Under the pieces are notes generated by a model that did not search any database, was not told the origin of the DNA, and was given only the letters and a program-made list of their open reading frames with translations. Shown one piece after another: positions 1 to 11,609 of a DNA stretch of 40,855 nt. Each line of letters opens with the position of its first letter. The first letter of the stretch is position 1. The stretch is taken from assembly GCA_948528155.1 (NCBI GenBank), contig CAOSZT010000001.1:1-40855 (forward strand). The letters run 5' to 3'. The position numbers and the translations under genes are program-made. The DNA is from an uncultured Clostridia bacterium. Lineage in GTDB: Bacteria > Bacillota > Clostridia > TANB77 > CAG-508.

Positions 1-372
1 CATAAAAGATCAACTCCTTTAAATAATTATTTTAACGACTGTGACAATTCCACTTAGTTTTAGCATTGTAACCTTGCTGGATATAAAGAGTCAAAGCCCT
101 ATCTAACTAATAACCAATTAAGCTAAAACTGTGGCAATAATCTCTTTCGAAGAGTCAAAGCTCTAAGGTAAAACAAAAAAGTCCACAGAGTTAATAAAAT
201 AATTATACAATGAAAAACAATCAAAGTAAAATTATGTTAATTAAAATAAATATAAAATAACGGTACCATTAAACCAAAATTATTAGAAATAAGAATAAAA
301 AAATTAATGGAGAAAGGTATGTATAATATATCAATTTTAATTGATGATTATATTATACAAGGTAAAATAAAA

Positions 373-930
373 ATGTATTTAATAGTAGGATTAGGAAATC
401 CAGAAAGTGAATATGCAAATACAAGACATAATATGGGATTTGACACAATAAATGAAATTGCCAAAAACAATAATATAAGTATAACTAAAAGTAAATTTAA
501 GGCATTATATGAAATAGGTATAATACAAGGAAAAAAAGTAATATTACTAAAACCACAAACATTTATGAATTTAAGTGGTGAAGCAATAAAAGAAGTAGTT
601 AATTTTTATAACATAGAAGCAGAAAAAATAATAGTAATATATGATGATATAGACACAGAAAAAGGAAATATTAGAATTAGAAAAAAAGGTGGAGCAGGAT
701 CACATAATGGAATGAAGTCAGTAATACAAGAATTAAATACAACAGAATTTATAAGAATAAGAGTAGGAATAGGACAACCAGAATTTAAAAATGATATGAT
801 AAATTATGTACTTGGAAAAGTACCAGAAGAAGAACAAAAAGTTTTACAACAAGGCATCAAAAATGCAACAAATGCAGTAGAAGAAATAATAAAAAATGGT
901 ATAGATATAGCAATGAACAAATTTAATTAG
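373..930 (+). CDS. pth: peptidyl-tRNA hydrolase
   Basis: ORF 307..930. From Met-23 it reads MYLIVGLGNPESEYANTRHNMGF, the canonical Pth N-terminus. Start 373 is chosen by homology; in-frame ATGs at 307 and 319 (GGAG 6 nt upstream of 319) cannot be excluded. Confidence 0.85.
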   Translation: MYLIVGLGNPESEYANTRHNMGFDTINEIAKNNNISITKSKFKALYEIGIIQGKKVILLKPQTFMNLSGEAIKEVVNFYNIEAEKIIVIYDDIDTEKGNIRIRKKGGAGSHNGMKSVIQELNTTEFIRIRVGIGQPEFKNDMINYVLGKVPEEEQKVLQQGIKNATNAVEEIIKNGIDIAMNKFN

Positions 931-944
931 AAAGGATTTTTGAA

Positions 945-2132
945 ATGTTTGAAATAATAATAAACAACAAAGAAGAAGAAAAAGAAATATTACTATTAGA
1001 AAATGGAAAATTAGTGGAATATTACATAGATGAATATAACTCAATAAGAAGAAAAGAAGGAAATATATATATAGGGATTGTAAAAGACATAGTAAAAGGA
1101 ATGCAGTCTGCATTTGTAGATATAGGAACAGAAAAAAACAGTTTTATACATCTAAAAGATATTTTACCAAAAGTAGATGAAAGTAAAGAAGAGATAAATC
1201 AAAATATAGATATAAATAATATAATAAAAAAAGGAGAAAAAATATTAGTACAAGTAAAAAAAGATAGCAATATTCAGAAAGGAGCAAGAGTGTCAACACA
1301 CATAAATTTATCAAGTAGGTATATAGCATTAATGCCAAATACAGATATAGTAACAATATCACAAAAAATAGAAGATAAAAAAGAACAAGAAAGACTAATT
1401 AAATTAGTGAAAGAAAATTTAAGTAATGGAAATGGAGCAGTAATAAGAACATCAGCAAAAGGAAAAGACCAAGAAATAATTGAAGATATAAAAAATATTG
1501 AAAAAAAATGGAACAAAATTAATTTGGCATATAAAAACAATAAAGAAAATAAACCAAAACTAATATCAAAAGCAAAAAATATAATAGAAAAAATGATTTT
1601 AGACTTACCAGAAAAAACAATTCAAAAAATAATTATAAATGACAAAAAAGAATACGAAAAATTAGTAAAAGAAAAAGAACAAAACAATGATTTAAAAGAA
1701 ATAAAAATAGAATTAAAAGATAAAGAAGAAATAATGCAAATGTATGATATACAAAAAGAAGTATCAAAATTGCAAAATAGAAAAATCTGGCTAAAATGTG
1801 GAGGTTTTATAACAATAGATAGAACAGAAGCACTAACAGCAATTGATGTAAATACAGGAAAATATACAGGAAGCAAAAATGCTGAACAAACAATATACAA
1901 AGTAAATGAAGAAGCAACAATAGAAATAGCAAAACAGATTAGATTAAGAGATATTGGAGGAATAATTATAATTGATTATATAGACATGAATAATATTGAA
2001 AACAAAACAAAAATACAAAAATTGTTAGAAGAAAAATTAAAAAAGGACAGAACAAAAACACAAGTAGAAGGATTTACAAAATTAGATTTAATGGAAATGA
2101 CAAGAAAGCATGTATGTAGCCACAAAGAGTGA
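945..2132 (+). CDS. rng: Rne/Rng-family ribonuclease (RNase G-like)
   Basis: 395-aa ORF with an S1-like segment GNIYIGIVKDIVKGMQSAFVDIG and RNase E/G core motifs (TAIDVNTGKY, GGIIIIDYIDM). AAAGGA SD upstream. The C-terminus is shorter than in E. coli RNase G. Confidence 0.7.
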   Translation: MFEIIINNKEEEKEILLLENGKLVEYYIDEYNSIRRKEGNIYIGIVKDIVKGMQSAFVDIGTEKNSFIHLKDILPKVDESKEEINQNIDINNIIKKGEKILVQVKKDSNIQKGARVSTHINLSSRYIALMPNTDIVTISQKIEDKKEQERLIKLVKENLSNGNGAVIRTSAKGKDQEIIEDIKNIEKKWNKINLAYKNNKENKPKLISKAKNIIEKMILDLPEKTIQKIIINDKKEYEKLVKEKEQNNDLKEIKIELKDKEEIMQMYDIQKEVSKLQNRKIWLKCGGFITIDRTEALTAIDVNTGKYTGSKNAEQTIYKVNEEATIEIAKQIRLRDIGGIIIIDYIDMNNIENKTKIQKLLEEKLKKDRTKTQVEGFTKLDLMEMTRKHVCSHKE

Positions 2133-2161
2133 AGTTTCTGATAGAATAGAAGGAGTAAGAT

Positions 2162-3532
2162 ATGAATGTAGGTTTTATATCATTAGGTTGTAGCAAGAAT
2201 TTAATAGATACTGAAATAGTAATTGGAAAATTCAAAAATAATAAATATAAAATAGAAATTAATCCAGAAAATGCTGATATTATAGTTATAAATACTTGTG
2301 GATTTATTGAGCCAGCAAAAGAAGAGGCTATTAATACTATTTTGGAAATGGCTGAATATAAAAAACAAAGATGTAAATTTTTAATTGTAATGGGGTGTTT
2401 AGTTCAAAGATATTATGAAGATTTGATAAAAGCATTACCTGAGGTGGATTTATTTATTAAAATAGATGAATATGATATTTTATGGGATAAAATAGAAGAT
2501 TTAATTAAAAATGGTATTTTGCAAAAAGCTAAAACAAAAACATGTACAAAAATATCAGAAATAAAACCACTTCCAATGCCAAATATTAATGAATTTTGTG
2601 AAAGGGTTATTACAACTGGTAAAAATTATGCTTATTTGAAAATTGGTGAAGGCTGTAGTAATAAATGTACATATTGTGCAATTCCATATATAAGAGGTCC
2701 TTTTGTTAGTAGAAAAATGGAAGATATTTTAAAAGAGGCACAAATGTTGGCTGATAAGGGAATAAAGGAACTAATTGTTATTGCACAAGATACAACTAAA
2801 TATGGTATTGATATTTATGGAGAGAGCAAACTTGCTGAATTATTAAAACAGTTATGCAAGATTGATGGAATTGAATGGATTAGATTTTTGTATTCATATC
2901 CTGAAGGTATTACTGAAGAATTGATAGAGGTAGTTGCGAAAAATGATAAAATTGCAAAATATTTTGATATTCCAATTCAACATATATCAAATCAAATTCT
3001 TAAAAAGATGAATAGAAAAACTAGTAGAGAGGATATAATTTGTATAATAGAAAAGATTAGAAAACAAATACCTTTTGTAACTTTAAGAACAAGTTTGATT
3101 GTGGGATTTCCAGGAGAGACTGAAAGTGATTTTAATGAATTATATGAATTTGTTAAAATGACTAAGTTTGATAAATTAGGAACATTTATGTATTCAAAAG
3201 AAGAAGGTACACCTGCTGCTCGTTTATCAGAACAGATACATGGGAATACAAAGAAGTCGAGATATAATAAAATTATGAGGGAACAAGCAAAGATTTCATT
3301 AGAAAATTTGGAGAAAAAAGTTGGAAAAGTATATAAAGTTTTAATAGAAAATCTTTCTTTTGATGGTAAGTATTTTGTTGGTAGAACTATGCAAGATGTT
3401 CCAGATGAAGATGGTTTGGTTTATATTGAAAATAATGCAAAGTTTAAGTCAGAAGAGGTTTTAAATAGATTTGTTGATTGTGAGATTATAGATGTTAGTG
3501 ATTATGATTTGATTGGAAAAATAATACACTAA
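2162..3532 (+). CDS. rimO: ribosomal protein S12 methylthiotransferase (radical SAM MTTase)
   Basis: N-terminus MNVGFISLGCSKNLIDTE, radical-SAM CX3CX2C (GEGCSNKCTYCAIP) and a C-terminal TRAM-like segment. The pattern fits RimO better than MiaB or MtaB. Confidence 0.75.
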   Translation: MNVGFISLGCSKNLIDTEIVIGKFKNNKYKIEINPENADIIVINTCGFIEPAKEEAINTILEMAEYKKQRCKFLIVMGCLVQRYYEDLIKALPEVDLFIKIDEYDILWDKIEDLIKNGILQKAKTKTCTKISEIKPLPMPNINEFCERVITTGKNYAYLKIGEGCSNKCTYCAIPYIRGPFVSRKMEDILKEAQMLADKGIKELIVIAQDTTKYGIDIYGESKLAELLKQLCKIDGIEWIRFLYSYPEGITEELIEVVAKNDKIAKYFDIPIQHISNQILKKMNRKTSREDIICIIEKIRKQIPFVTLRTSLIVGFPGETESDFNELYEFVKMTKFDKLGTFMYSKEEGTPAARLSEQIHGNTKKSRYNKIMREQAKISLENLEKKVGKVYKVLIENLSFDGKYFVGRTMQDVPDEDGLVYIENNAKFKSEEVLNRFVDCEIIDVSDYDLIGKIIH

Positions 3533-3543
3533 CAACTATATTT

Positions 3544-4422
3544 TTAAACAAGTGCATTTTGTTCTTTAAATAAAATTTTCTTTTTTTCTTCACTCATTTC
3601 TAATAATGGAAGTCTAGGAATACCAAAATTAAAGTCAATATTATTTAAAGCACATTTAATTGGAATAGGATTAACTTCTGAAAAAAGGCAATTTATTAAA
3701 GGGATAGCTTCAAGCTGTTTCTTTTTTGCATTTTCAATATCACCATTTAAGTAATCCCAAATCATATTATGTACAAAAAGTGGCTGTATATTAGATAATA
3801 CAGAGATAACACCCAAGCCACCTAAAGAACAAATAGGAATTGCTTGGTCATCATTACCAGAATAAATATGCAAATTATCTCCACACAAATTAGCAATTTG
3901 AGCAACTTGTGATAAATTTCCACTAGCTTCCTTAATAGCAACAATATTTTTAATTTTTGATAATTCCCAACAAGTTTCTGGATTTATATTTAGACCAGTT
4001 CGACTAGGAACATTATATAAAATTATTGGAACTGATATACTATTAGCAATCGCCTTATAGTGTGCGATTAATCCTGTTTGTGTAGTTTTGTTGTAATATG
4101 GTGTTACTAATAAAACACCATCAGCACCTAAATCTTCAGCAATTTTGGACATTTCTATTGATTTAATAGTATCATTTGAACCAGTTCCTACAATGATAGG
4201 AATTTTTCCATTAGATACTTCAACAGCACATTTAATAACTTGAATTTTTTCCTCTTTTGTCATTGTTGAACTTTCTCCTGTTGTTCCACATACTACTATA
4301 CTGTCTACATTATTTGAAATTTGAAATTCTAAGAATTTTTTAAATTCTTTAATATTTACACCACTTTCAGTAAATGGTGTTGGAACTGCAGAACATACAC
4401 CTTTAAATGGGATTTTTTTCAT
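3544..4422 (-). CDS. dapA: 4-hydroxy-tetrahydrodipicolinate synthase
   Basis: 292-aa minus-strand ORF with VVCGTTGESSTMTKEEK and the Schiff-base lysine context AIKEASGN typical of the DapA/NAL family. GGAG SD precedes the start. Confidence 0.85.
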   Translation of the reverse strand: MKKIPFKGVCSAVPTPFTESGVNIKEFKKFLEFQISNNVDSIVVCGTTGESSTMTKEEKIQVIKCAVEVSNGKIPIIVGTGSNDTIKSIEMSKIAEDLGADGVLLVTPYYNKTTQTGLIAHYKAIANSISVPIILYNVPSRTGLNINPETCWELSKIKNIVAIKEASGNLSQVAQIANLCGDNLHIYSGNDDQAIPICSLGGLGVISVLSNIQPLFVHNMIWDYLNGDIENAKKKQLEAIPLINCLFSEVNPIPIKCALNNIDFNFGIPRLPLLEMSEEKKKILFKEQNALV

Positions 4423-4582
4423 TTTGTTCTCCTTTTTAATTTTTTATTACTATATATATATTTTAAACTATAATAAAAAATACATAATATTTTTTACTGT
4501 ACTTTATTTTTATGTATATATATGATAGAATATTAACAAAATATAGGAAAAAATTAAAAAATAAAATAAAAGGAGACAAAAA

Positions 4583-5233
4583 ATGGGAAAAGAAGAAATA
4601 ATAAAAATAATCAAAGAATATGTGAAAAATATATGTAAAGACGATTCAACAGGACATGACTGGTGGCATATACAAAGAGTTTATAATAATGCAATGTTAA
4701 TTAATAAAAAAGAAAATGCTGATGAATTTGTAATAACATTAATTACTTTAATGCATGATTTATATGACCATAAATTCTATAAAGGAGATGTCAAACAAAA
4801 ATTAGAAGAAACTTTAAAAGAATTAAATATATATCAATATATTCAAGAAGATATTGAAAATATTATAAATAGTTGTGTAAATTTAGGATTTAGTGCTAAT
4901 ATGACAACAAAAAAAGAACTTTCAAAAGAAGGAAAAATAGTACAAGATGCTGATAGATTAGATGCAATGGGTGCAATAGGAATTGCAAGAACTTTTGCAT
5001 ATAGTGGAAAAAAAGAAAAAACAATATATGACCCTAATAATAATGAACTTGTTGATGAAGAAGAATATAAACAAAATGGTTCTAAAACAACAATATCGCA
5101 TTTTTATGATAAGCTTTTAAAATTAAAAGATTTAATGAATACAGAAACAGCAAAAATTATAGCAAAAGAAAGACATCTATATTTAGAGAATTTTTTAGAA
5201 GAATTTTTTGATGAATGGAATGGTATAAAATGA
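4583..5233 (+). CDS. HD-domain phosphohydrolase (YedJ/YpgQ-like)
   Basis: 216 aa with the metal motif WWHIQRV...LMHDLYDHK and QDADRLDAMGAIGIARTF. AAAGGAG SD upstream. Confidence 0.65.
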   Translation: MGKEEIIKIIKEYVKNICKDDSTGHDWWHIQRVYNNAMLINKKENADEFVITLITLMHDLYDHKFYKGDVKQKLEETLKELNIYQYIQEDIENIINSCVNLGFSANMTTKKELSKEGKIVQDADRLDAMGAIGIARTFAYSGKKEKTIYDPNNNELVDEEEYKQNGSKTTISHFYDKLLKLKDLMNTETAKIIAKERHLYLENFLEEFFDEWNGIK

Positions 5234-6012
5234 TAGATAATGGTTATTTGTATTCAAAAGATAATAAGAGAATTTTTGTAAATACTTGTTTAGGATGTAG
5301 TGGTAAATGCACATATTGTTATTTAAGCAAAATAGGATATGGTAACAGAGGGATAATATCAGAAATAAAAAAAGCAGAAGATTTGATTAAACAGATAGAA
5401 CAATTAGGAATTTCAAAAGATACATTAATAACATTAGGTTGTTTTTCTGAATGTTGGGATGATAATAATAAACCAGAAACTATAAAATTAATAAAAAACT
5501 TTTTACAAAAAGGGAATCAAATTCAATTATCAACAAAAAAACAAATTACTATTGAAGAAACTAAACAGTTTGAAAGTTTAATTCAATATTTAGGACAGAT
5601 GATAGTGTTTGTTAGTTCAGCAACTATAAGTAAATGGAGAACAATCGAGAAACAGACAGAAACACCAAGTAAAAGATTTAAGACATTTGAGATTTCTAAA
5701 AAGCTAAATATACCAACAGTTTTATATATGAAACCAATATTAAAAGGAATAACTATTCAAGATATAGAAATTTATAAAAATGTAATTCAAAAGTATGATG
5801 TAAGAGATGTTGTAGTTGGTAGTATATTTGGATAAAAAGAGACAAATGAGGAAGTTCACTTTTCAAATAAAGGAACATTATTTTATAATCCAGTTTCAGA
5901 TGAAATAGAAATAAAGAGAAGACTTTTGGAATTAGGAAATGTTAGAGTTTTTTCAAGAAGTTCAGAAGTTATGCAGTATTATAGAGAAAAAACTAAAGAT
6001 ATAACAAGATAA
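5230..6012 (+). pseudogene. radical-SAM protein (SplB/COG1533-like) interrupted by an in-frame TAA
   Basis: CX3CX2C motif (CSGKCTYCY). ATG 5230 overlaps the upstream stop (ATGA). TAA sits at 5833-5835, and the same frame then stays open for 59 more codons (KETNEEVHFSNKGTLFYNPVSDEIEIKRRLLELGNVRVFSRSSEVMQYYREKTKDITR) to TAA 6010-6012, with no start or SD of its own. Confidence 0.6.
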
Positions 6013-6070
6013 GTGTAAGAATATGATTTAAAAGAATGAAGAATGGATACAAAACTAAAACCATATTAAT

Positions 6071-6099
6071 TTGAAATTTTATCTAAGATATGATATACT
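6071..6099 (+). promoter_or_regulatory. sigma-A-type promoter of trpS
   Basis: TTGAAA (6071-6076), a 17-nt spacer, then an extended -10 TGaTATACT (6091-6099). It lies about 40 nt upstream of the trpS ATG. Confidence 0.6.
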
Positions 6100-6137
6100 C
6101 TCTTTATCATATTTATTAAAAGAGAAGGGAAAAGAAA

Positions 6138-7157
6138 ATGAATAAAAAAAGGATATTAACAGGAGACAGGCCAACAGGAAGACTGCACATAGGACACTAT
6201 TTTGGTTCACTAAAAACAAGATTAGAAATGCAAGAAAACCCAGAATACGAGCCATTTATACTAATAGCAGATGTTCAAGCACTAACAGACAACTTCAACA
6301 ACCCAGAAAAAGTAAGAAAAAATGTAAGAGAAGTAGCAATAGATTATTTATCAGTTGGAATAGACCCAAGCAAAACGACAATATATATACAATCAATGAT
6401 ACCAGAAACAGCAGAATTAACAATATTTTATTCAAATCTAGTAACAATAGCACGATTACAAAGAAACCCTACAGTAAAAACAGAAATAGCACAAAAAAAA
6501 GAACTATTTGGAGAAAGTGTAACTTATGGATTTTTAGGTTATCCAGTAAGTCAAGCAGCAGATATAACCACATTTGAAGGAGAATTAGTACCAGTAGGAG
6601 AAGACCAAGAGCCACTAATAGAGCAATGTAGAGAAATAGTAAGAAAATTTAATAGTATATATGGAGAAATACTAAAAGAGCCAAAAGCAGTATTATCAAC
6701 ATCAAAAAGAATAAAAGGACTTGACGGAAACGAAAAAATGGGAAAATCTTTAGGAAATGCAATATATTTATCAGACAGTGAAGAAGAAATTACAAAAAAA
6801 GTAATGGGAGCAGTAACAGACCCAAATCGTATAAAAAAAGATGATTTAGGAAATCCTGATATTTGTATGGTTGCATATTATCACAATTTATTTACACCAA
6901 AAGAAGAAGTAAAAACAGTATGTGAAGAATGCAAGGCTGGAAAAAGAGGTTGTGTTGCTTGTAAAAAACAATTGGCTAGTAATATTATAGAGGAATTAAG
7001 GCCTATAAGAGAAAGGAGAGCTTATTATGAGGCTCATCCAGAAGAAGTTGACAAGATTTTAAAAGAAGGTACTGAAAGAGCAAGAGCTGTTGCAAAAGAG
7101 ACTATGAGAAAAGTAAAAGATGCAATGATGTTGAATTATTTTGAGGAGAAAAGGTAA
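6138..7157 (+). CDS. trpS: tryptophan--tRNA ligase
   Basis: 339 aa with the class I signatures HIGH (RLHIGHY) and a KMSKS variant (KMGKSLGN). Length and layout are TrpS-like. Confidence 0.85.
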   Translation: MNKKRILTGDRPTGRLHIGHYFGSLKTRLEMQENPEYEPFILIADVQALTDNFNNPEKVRKNVREVAIDYLSVGIDPSKTTIYIQSMIPETAELTIFYSNLVTIARLQRNPTVKTEIAQKKELFGESVTYGFLGYPVSQAADITTFEGELVPVGEDQEPLIEQCREIVRKFNSIYGEILKEPKAVLSTSKRIKGLDGNEKMGKSLGNAIYLSDSEEEITKKVMGAVTDPNRIKKDDLGNPDICMVAYYHNLFTPKEEVKTVCEECKAGKRGCVACKKQLASNIIEELRPIRERRAYYEAHPEEVDKILKEGTERARAVAKETMRKVKDAMMLNYFEEKR

Positions 7158-7225
7158 AATGAAATTATATTAATAATGAGTCCTGCTTTTCGTCTACAAG
7201 ATGGAATAGATGGCGAAGAGAATGA

Positions 7226-8521
<1,296 letters not shown>

Positions 8522-8621
8522 TAAATGAGTTAGAAAGGATGGTATAACAGATAAAGAAGGATGTTGGGAATACTTAGTTAAATATTATGAATTAATAAAA
8601 AAGTAAAAGGAGAATAGTAAA

Positions 8622-10130
8622 ATGAGTGAAAACAAAAACAATCAAAATAACGAACAAATAGAAGAATTAGATATGAATCATCTAATGCAAATAAGAAGAG
8701 ACAAATTAAAGGAATTACAAGAACAAGGAAAAGACCCATTTGAAATAACAAAATTTAACAGAACAAACACAGCAGGAGAAATAAAAGCAAAATATGAGCA
8801 ATTTGAAGAAAAAGACGTAACAATAGCAGGAAGAATAATAGCAAAAAGAATAATGGGAAAAGCATCATTTTGTACAATTCAAGACAGTGACGAAAAAATC
8901 CAAAGTTATGTAAGTATAAATGACTTAGGAGAAGAAAGTTACAAAGCATTTAAAACATTTGACATAGGAGATATAATAGGAATAACAGGATTTGTATTCA
9001 AAACAAAAACAGAAGAAATATCAGTACATGCAAAAGAAGTAACACTACTATCAAAATCATTAAGACCACTACCAGAAAAATTTCATGGATTAAAAGATGT
9101 AGACTTAAGATATAGACAAAGATATGTAGATTTAATAGTAAATCCAGAAGTAAAAAACACATTTGTATTAAGAAGCAAAATAATAAGAGAAGTAAAAGCA
9201 TATTTAGATAATAAGGGATATTTAGAAGTAGATACTCCAATATTAAGTACAATAGCAGGAGGAGCTACTGCAAGACCATTTATAACACATCACAATACAT
9301 TAGACTTAGATATGTATTTAAGAATTGCAAATGAATTATATTTAAAAAGACTAATAGTGGGTGGATTTGACAAAGTGTATGAAATGGGTAGAATGTTTAG
9401 AAATGAAGGAATGGACATAAAGCATAACCCAGAATTTACAAATATAGAATTATATTCAGCTTATGAAGATTATAATGATATGATGGATATAACAGAAGAT
9501 ATGTTTAAAACAGTTGCAAATAATGTATTAGGAAAAACAACAATTACATATCAAGGAGTAGAAATAGACTTAGGAACAAAATGGAAAAGAATAACAATGA
9601 TTGATAGTATAAAAGAAAATACAGGGATAGATTTTAATAACATAAATACAGATGAAGAGGCTTTAAAAGTAGCAAAGGAAAAGAATGTAGAAATTGATGA
9701 GTTAAAGAAGACAAGAGGAGATATAATAAATACATTTTTTGAAGAATTTGTTGAGGAAACATTAATACAACCAACATTTATATATGATTATCCAGTAGAA
9801 GTATCACCACTAACAAAAAAGAAACCATCTGATAAAAGATTAACAGAAAGGTTTGAAGTATTTATAGGTGGTAGAGAATATGGAAATGCTTATTCAGAAT
9901 TAAATGATCCAATAGATCAATATGAAAGATTTAAAAAACAAGTAGAAGCAAGAGAAGCGGGAGATGAAGAAGCAAATATGATGGATGATGACTTTATTCA
10001 AGCACTAGAATATGGAATGCCTCCAACAGGTGGTCTTGGAATTGGAATTGATAGATTAATAATGTTACTTACAGATTCAGCATCAATAAGAGATGTGTTA
10101 TTATTTCCGACAATGAAACCTTTGGCATAG
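8622..10130 (+). CDS. lysS: lysine--tRNA ligase (class II)
   Basis: 502 aa with an N-terminal OB anticodon-binding region followed by class II motifs ([25 protein letters not shown]). AAAGGAG SD upstream. Confidence 0.9.
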   Translation: MSENKNNQNNEQIEELDMNHLMQIRRDKLKELQEQGKDPFEITKFNRTNTAGEIKAKYEQFEEKDVTIAGRIIAKRIMGKASFCTIQDSDEKIQSYVSINDLGEESYKAFKTFDIGDIIGITGFVFKTKTEEISVHAKEVTLLSKSLRPLPEKFHGLKDVDLRYRQRYVDLIVNPEVKNTFVLRSKIIREVKAYLDNKGYLEVDTPILSTIAGGATARPFITHHNTLDLDMYLRIANELYLKRLIVGGFDKVYEMGRMFRNEGMDIKHNPEFTNIELYSAYEDYNDMMDITEDMFKTVANNVLGKTTITYQGVEIDLGTKWKRITMIDSIKENTGIDFNNINTDEEALKVAKEKNVEIDELKKTRGDIINTFFEEFVEETLIQPTFIYDYPVEVSPLTKKKPSDKRLTERFEVFIGGREYGNAYSELNDPIDQYERFKKQVEAREAGDEEANMMDDDFIQALEYGMPPTGGLGIGIDRLIMLLTDSASIRDVLLFPTMKPLA

Positions 10131-10140
10131 AACATTTGAA

Positions 10141-10346
10141 AAATTTTAATAAATCTTAATGAGTTTTAATAACGATTAAAGACAGTTAATACAAGGGTTA
10201 CAACGATTATTAGATAAGAGATAAAAAAATAAAAAATCTAATGAATTTCAATAAATTTTATCTGGTAGCTGTAAAATTGCAGTAAAAAATTTAATGAGTT
10301 TTAAAGGATTTTAATAAGCTAAAAAAGAAAATAGCAGTAAAAAAAT
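10141..10346. repeat. cluster of short direct repeats downstream of lysS
   Basis: TAATGAGTTTTAA occurs at 10157-10169 and 10292-10304. GCAGTAAAAAA occurs at 10279-10289 and 10334-10344. AACGATTA occurs at 10171-10178 and 10202-10209. TTTTAATAA occurs three times. The region is non-coding. Confidence 0.6.
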
Positions 10347-10358
10347 ACATAACTAAAA

Positions 10359-10386
10359 GAGTCAATCGAAAGGTTGGCTTTTTTTG
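10359..10386 (+). terminator. rho-independent terminator-like hairpin
   Basis: Stem GTCAATC/GGTTGGC (two G:U pairs) with a GAAA loop, followed by a run of 7 T (10379-10385). Confidence 0.45.
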
Positions 10387-10419
10387 TTGCAAAAAAATAG
10401 CAAGGGAGGTAGAAAATTA

Positions 10420-10695
10420 ATGAAGAACAATGAAGTAATAGAATATCTTAATAATCTCAAAAAAGGAATGTTTTGCACAGTAAATATTCCTTTATATAAT
10501 GGACAAACAATTCCTGTTACAGTTAAATATATGGGAAAAGATTCACAAGGAAGATATAAATTTTTAGATACTGGAAAGATGATAATGTCAAAAAGTTTTA
10601 TAGAACAGCAAGAAATAACAATAGATGAAACATTTAATAGAGATAAAGCTATTGAGATTAACAAAAAGTTGAGAAATCAAGATAGAACAAGATAA
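10420..10695 (+). CDS. hypothetical protein
   Basis: ATG 10420 follows a GGGAGG SD. 91 aa with no recognisable motif. The ORF-track start at 10384 lacks an SD. Confidence 0.45.
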   Translation: MKNNEVIEYLNNLKKGMFCTVNIPLYNGQTIPVTVKYMGKDSQGRYKFLDTGKMIMSKSFIEQQEITIDETFNRDKAIEINKKLRNQDRTR

Positions 10696-10786
10696 AAACA
10701 AAGTGAGTTGAATTGAAAACAATTCGCTTTTACATAGCTTTTAATTTTTTATTAAAGGCTAATTTTATGGGAAAGGAGGGTAAAAA

Positions 10787-11609
10787 GTGTCAAAGTGTAA
10801 AGTGATTGCCATTGCTAATCAGAAACGGTGGAGTAGGAAAAACAACTACAACAGTAAATTTAGGAAATGGACTTGTAAGAAGTGGAAAGAAAGTATTGCT
10901 GATAGATTTAGATCCACAAGGAGATTTAACTACATCATTAGGATTCAAAAATCAAGATAACATGGAAAATACAATAAAAACACTAATGGAAAAAGTAATA
11001 CAGAAAATTGATATAGATCAAGAAGAGGCAATATTGAAAAATAATGAGGGAATAGATTTAATTCCAGCAAATATTGAATTAGAAGCATTAGAAACATCAA
11101 TGATCAAATATATAGATAAGGAAAACATTTTAAAGAAATATGTTAGCAAAGTAAAAGAAAATTATGATTATATTTTAATTGATTGTAGACCTTCTTTAGG
11201 TTTACTAACAATAAATGCTTTAGCAACAGCAGATAGTGTTATTATACCAGTTCAAGCCCAGTATCTACCATTAAAAGGTATGACACAATTGTTTCAAACA
11301 ATAGATAAAACAAGAGTACACATCAATCGTAAATTAAAAATTGAGGGAGTATTATTAACTATTGCAGATATGAAAACAAAACTAGCCAAGACTACAATAG
11401 AAACATTAAGAAATAATTATGGTAGAAATATAAAAATATACAATACAGTAATTCCTATGGGAGTAAAAGCAGCCGAAAGTACGATAGAGGGCAAAAGTGT
11501 ATATGCTTATGACAAAAGAAGTAAGCCAGCAATAGCTTACGAAGAATTTACAAAGGAGGTGTTAGCTAATAGCGAAAGAACTAAAGCTAGAACTTACGAG
11601 TGTAGATGA
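10787..11609 (+). pseudogene. parA: ParA/Soj-family partition ATPase with a +1 frameshift inside the Walker A
   Basis: AGGAGGG SD (10774-10780) then GTG 10787 gives VSKCKVIAIANQK. The +1 frame continues GGVGKTTTTVNLG..LIDLDPQG. An extra C at 10826 splits the deviant Walker A KGGVGKT. Confidence 0.8.

Noticed and set aside
1-18. A leftward gene start at the window edge (the complement reads AAAGGAG-N10-ATG, with ATG equal to the complement of 1-3).
   Set aside because: Only the start codon lies inside the window, so it cannot be verified. It is mentioned only as context for the upstream region of pth.
255-270. CGGTACCA (complement TGGTACCG) resembling the T-box core.
   Set aside because: On the minus strand it would lie at the 5' end of the leader, about 260 nt from the putative start. 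That is not next to a terminator or antiterminator. It is an isolated 8-mer.
4423-4582. A possible lysine riboswitch in front of dapA.
   Set aside because: The 160-nt divergent region is almost pure A/T with no conserved L-box helices.
6013-6137. A possible T-box leader upstream of trpS (and similarly of lysS).
   Set aside because: The promoter lies only about 40 nt from the ATG. There is no specifier-stem or T-box (GGTGGTACC-like) sequence and no terminator.
10141-10346. The repeat cluster as a CRISPR array.
   Set aside because: The repeats are 8-13 nt long, of several different kinds and irregularly spaced. There is no repeat-spacer periodicity and no cas genes.
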